UHGV virus genome: UHGV-1948712
DNA length: 8,433 bases
Reading direction: 5' to 3' (one strand)
Source: a virus
Made by a program: the position numbers and the translations under genes. Below, piece after piece: positions 7,062-8,433 of the stretch (the stretch's first letter is position 1; each line of letters begins with the position of its first letter). The notes beneath the pieces were generated by a model. The model searched no databases and had not been told where the DNA came from. It saw nothing but the letters and a program-made list of their open reading frames with translations.

Positions 7062-7484
7062 ATGAGTAGAAATAACGAAACAAGCGGCGTTGAACTGGTT
7101 GTTGTAGGCGTATTTGCTTTCTGTCTGGCAGTTGTTGCCTGGCTAATGAAAACTTTCGATGTTGAATGGCAAACAGCACTGGAAACTGCGCCTGGCCTGA
7201 TAGTCTGGCTGCTTGTTGTCGGTGCGGGGATCTTTTTCGGGATCAAAATGGAAACTGGCCTTATTCGCTGGGGTGCTCCACTGGCGATCGCCCTTCTGAT
7301 TCCGGTATTCAAGCCAATTCTTAAGGAAGCTGCCGGAGTTCGTGAAACGGGTGGGCTGGTTTTCGATGATATGGTTTCGTGGTATGGAACTGGCTGGGGA
7401 ATGTCTCTGATGTTCTTCGGGATTCTTATTGTCGGATACGGTCTGCTTTATTGGTGGCACAGAAGGAATTCATATTATTGGTGA
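7062..7484 (+). CDS. small integral membrane protein (3-4 predicted TM helices), 140 aa
   Basis: ATG at 7062 with AAGGA SD at 7049..7053 (8-nt spacer). Hydrophobic stretches LVVVGVFAFCLAVVAWL, GLIVWLLVVGAGIFFGI, APLAIALLIPVF and SLMFFGILIVGYGLLYWW. The ORF track extension back to 6915 would cross the hairpins and overlap the RHH gene, so the internal start is preferred. Confidence 0.5.
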   Translation: MSRNNETSGVELVVVGVFAFCLAVVAWLMKTFDVEWQTALETAPGLIVWLLVVGAGIFFGIKMETGLIRWGAPLAIALLIPVFKPILKEAAGVRETGGLVFDDMVSWYGTGWGMSLMFFGILIVGYGLLYWWHRRNSYYW

Positions 7485-7495
7485 ATGTCAATCAC

Positions 7496-7519
7496 TTGAA
7501 TTTACAGGTTTTTTATAAT
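7496..7519 (+). promoter_or_regulatory. candidate promoter: perfect -10 TATAAT with poorly spaced -35
   Basis: TATAAT at 7514..7519. The nearest TTGAAT (7496..7501) gives only a 12-nt spacer, so the -35 is doubtful. About 40 nt upstream of the 7557 gene. Confidence 0.25.
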
Positions 7520-7556
7520 TTCAGCCCGCGCTAGTTTGATATTGTGAAAGGTGAAG

Positions 7557-8132
7557 ATGAGTATGCAACCGAATGAAGAAATGGACCTCAGGAAATTTTA
7601 CGCAGAGGGAACAGCTGACTACTTAAAAACTAAAATCAAAAAAAGCGAACGACTTTTAAAAATAAACCAATATCTATCATTTGCCCTCCCTGTCCTAGTT
7701 GGAGGATACGCATCGGTTGATCACAGCTCCAAATATTTTGATTTTTTAGTTTGGGGCACAGGGATATTATCAGTGATAGTCTTGCTTTCTAATTTATACA
7801 CGCTGGTCATGAAGACTGATGAAAATTTATCTCGATATCTGGAATCATACTCTTTCAATAAACTCCTAACTGATTTGTATGGCGAACTGTCGAGCATGTT
7901 TAAATCAAAGACAGGCAACCAGCAACCCGCTAACCATTTGTTTTCAGTGATAAAATCAAAAGATGACTTCAATGCCAAGGAAGATGAAAAATATGTTAGC
8001 AATAATGATAAGAAACGGATTATGTTCGACATTCTGGTAAAGAAAAATAAAGAATGCGTACGTTGCAATAAAATACCGACTAAATTTAACAAGCGGAAAG
8101 GTTGCACAAATTGTGGCAATCTCGTGAAATAA
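7557..8132 (+). CDS. 2-TM membrane protein with C-terminal zinc ribbon, 191 aa
   Basis: ATG at 7557 after AAAGGTGA (7546..7553); the ORF track start is a GTG at 7551. Two adjacent hydrophobic helices (YLSFALPVLVGGYASV; FLVWGTGILSVIVLLSNLYTLV), a K/E/N-rich soluble region, then CVRCNK...CTNCGN. Very AT-rich coding sequence. Confidence 0.6.
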   Translation: MSMQPNEEMDLRKFYAEGTADYLKTKIKKSERLLKINQYLSFALPVLVGGYASVDHSSKYFDFLVWGTGILSVIVLLSNLYTLVMKTDENLSRYLESYSFNKLLTDLYGELSSMFKSKTGNQQPANHLFSVIKSKDDFNAKEDEKYVSNNDKKRIMFDILVKKNKECVRCNKIPTKFNKRKGCTNCGNLVK

Positions 8133-8143
8133 AGGAGAAACAA

Positions 8144-8335
8144 ATGAGTTATAAAGTAGATCAAGTCAAAGCTCTCTGGCTTCAATTGACTGATGCGGAG
8201 AAAAAAGAATTTACAACATATCTTTTTAATGGTGAAAAAAAATCCTTACGTGAAGGATTCGAAAGTTTTAGTGTGAATAAAAGCACTACAATGCAATTTG
8301 GTGATGCAAACGTCTGCCCTGCTTGCGGAAAATAA
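8144..8335 (+). CDS. small protein with C-terminal CPAC motif, 63 aa
   Basis: ATG at 8144 preceded by a strong SD AAAGGAG (8131..8137, 6-nt spacer), 11 nt after the stop of the upstream gene, suggesting translational coupling. Ends ...GDANVCPACGK. The ORF track start at 8102 overlaps the upstream gene and lacks an SD. Confidence 0.55.
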   Translation: MSYKVDQVKALWLQLTDAEKKEFTTYLFNGEKKSLREGFESFSVNKSTTMQFGDANVCPACGK

Positions 8336-8376
8336 AATCTAAAAGATTTTGGTTCGCACAATGACGTTATGCTAAA

Positions 8377-8413
8377 GAGGCCGCTGCGGGATTCGATTTT
8401 CGCAGCGGCCTTT
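8377..8413 (+). terminator. rho-independent terminator closing the plus-strand cassette
   Basis: 11-bp GC-rich stem AGGCCGCTGCG (8377..8387) / CGCAGCGGCCT (8400..8410), 12-nt loop, followed by TTTT. Confidence 0.75.
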
Positions 8414-8433
8414 TCAACATAACGAGTCCTACA

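Noticed and set aside
7022-7460. Minus-strand ORFs 7022..7312 and 7143..7460 overlapping the membrane-protein gene
   Set aside because: Antisense to a gene with a clear TM pattern and SD; low-complexity translations; no start signals.
8102-8143. Upstream extension of the 63-aa gene (track ORF 8102..8335)
   Set aside because: It overlaps the upstream gene and has no SD, whereas the ATG at 8144 has a strong AAAGGAG SD.
7721-8185. 154-aa minus-strand ORF antisense to the AT-rich 2-TM/zinc-ribbon gene
   Set aside because: Leu/Phe/Ser-rich low-complexity translation typical of the antisense frame of a Lys/Glu-rich gene; no RBS or recognisable motif. The plus-strand gene has TM helices, a zinc ribbon and an SD.
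8411-8433. AACATAA-containing motif at the window end resembling the dif XerD arm
   Set aside because: Only a partial match (about 9/11 to ATTTAACATAA), and the following bases do not give a canonical 6-bp central region plus XerC arm. Could be chance or a degenerate phage att half-site.

Overview
This window holds an essentially complete Ff-like filamentous phage (Inovirus) genome, with every core gene on the minus strand: gene II/X (replication nickase), V (ssDNA-binding), VII, IX, VIII (major coat), III (adsorption protein), VI, I/XI (Zot-like assembly ATPase) and IV (secretin), spanning 779..6663. Protein identifications rest on my recollection of M13/f1 sequences, not on a database search. 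Two things depart from a plain Ff genome. First, the window begins with an exact 11/11 match to the XerC-binding arm of E. coli dif, which suggests a dif-integrating (CTXphi/CUS-1/Ypfphi-style) prophage. Second, where Ff phages have a non-coding intergenic region, this element carries extra genes: a 102-aa protein plus a 77-aa zinc-ribbon protein downstream of gene IV (50..709, minus strand), and a four-gene opposite-strand cassette (6791..8413, plus strand) with a ribbon-helix-helix-like regulator, a small multi-TM protein, an AT-rich 2-TM/zinc-ribbon protein and a 63-aa CxxC protein. The cassette is the best candidate for an undescribed phage-borne system, though I cannot assign it a function from sequence alone. 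No tRNA, rRNA, CRISPR array, integrase or transposase is evident.
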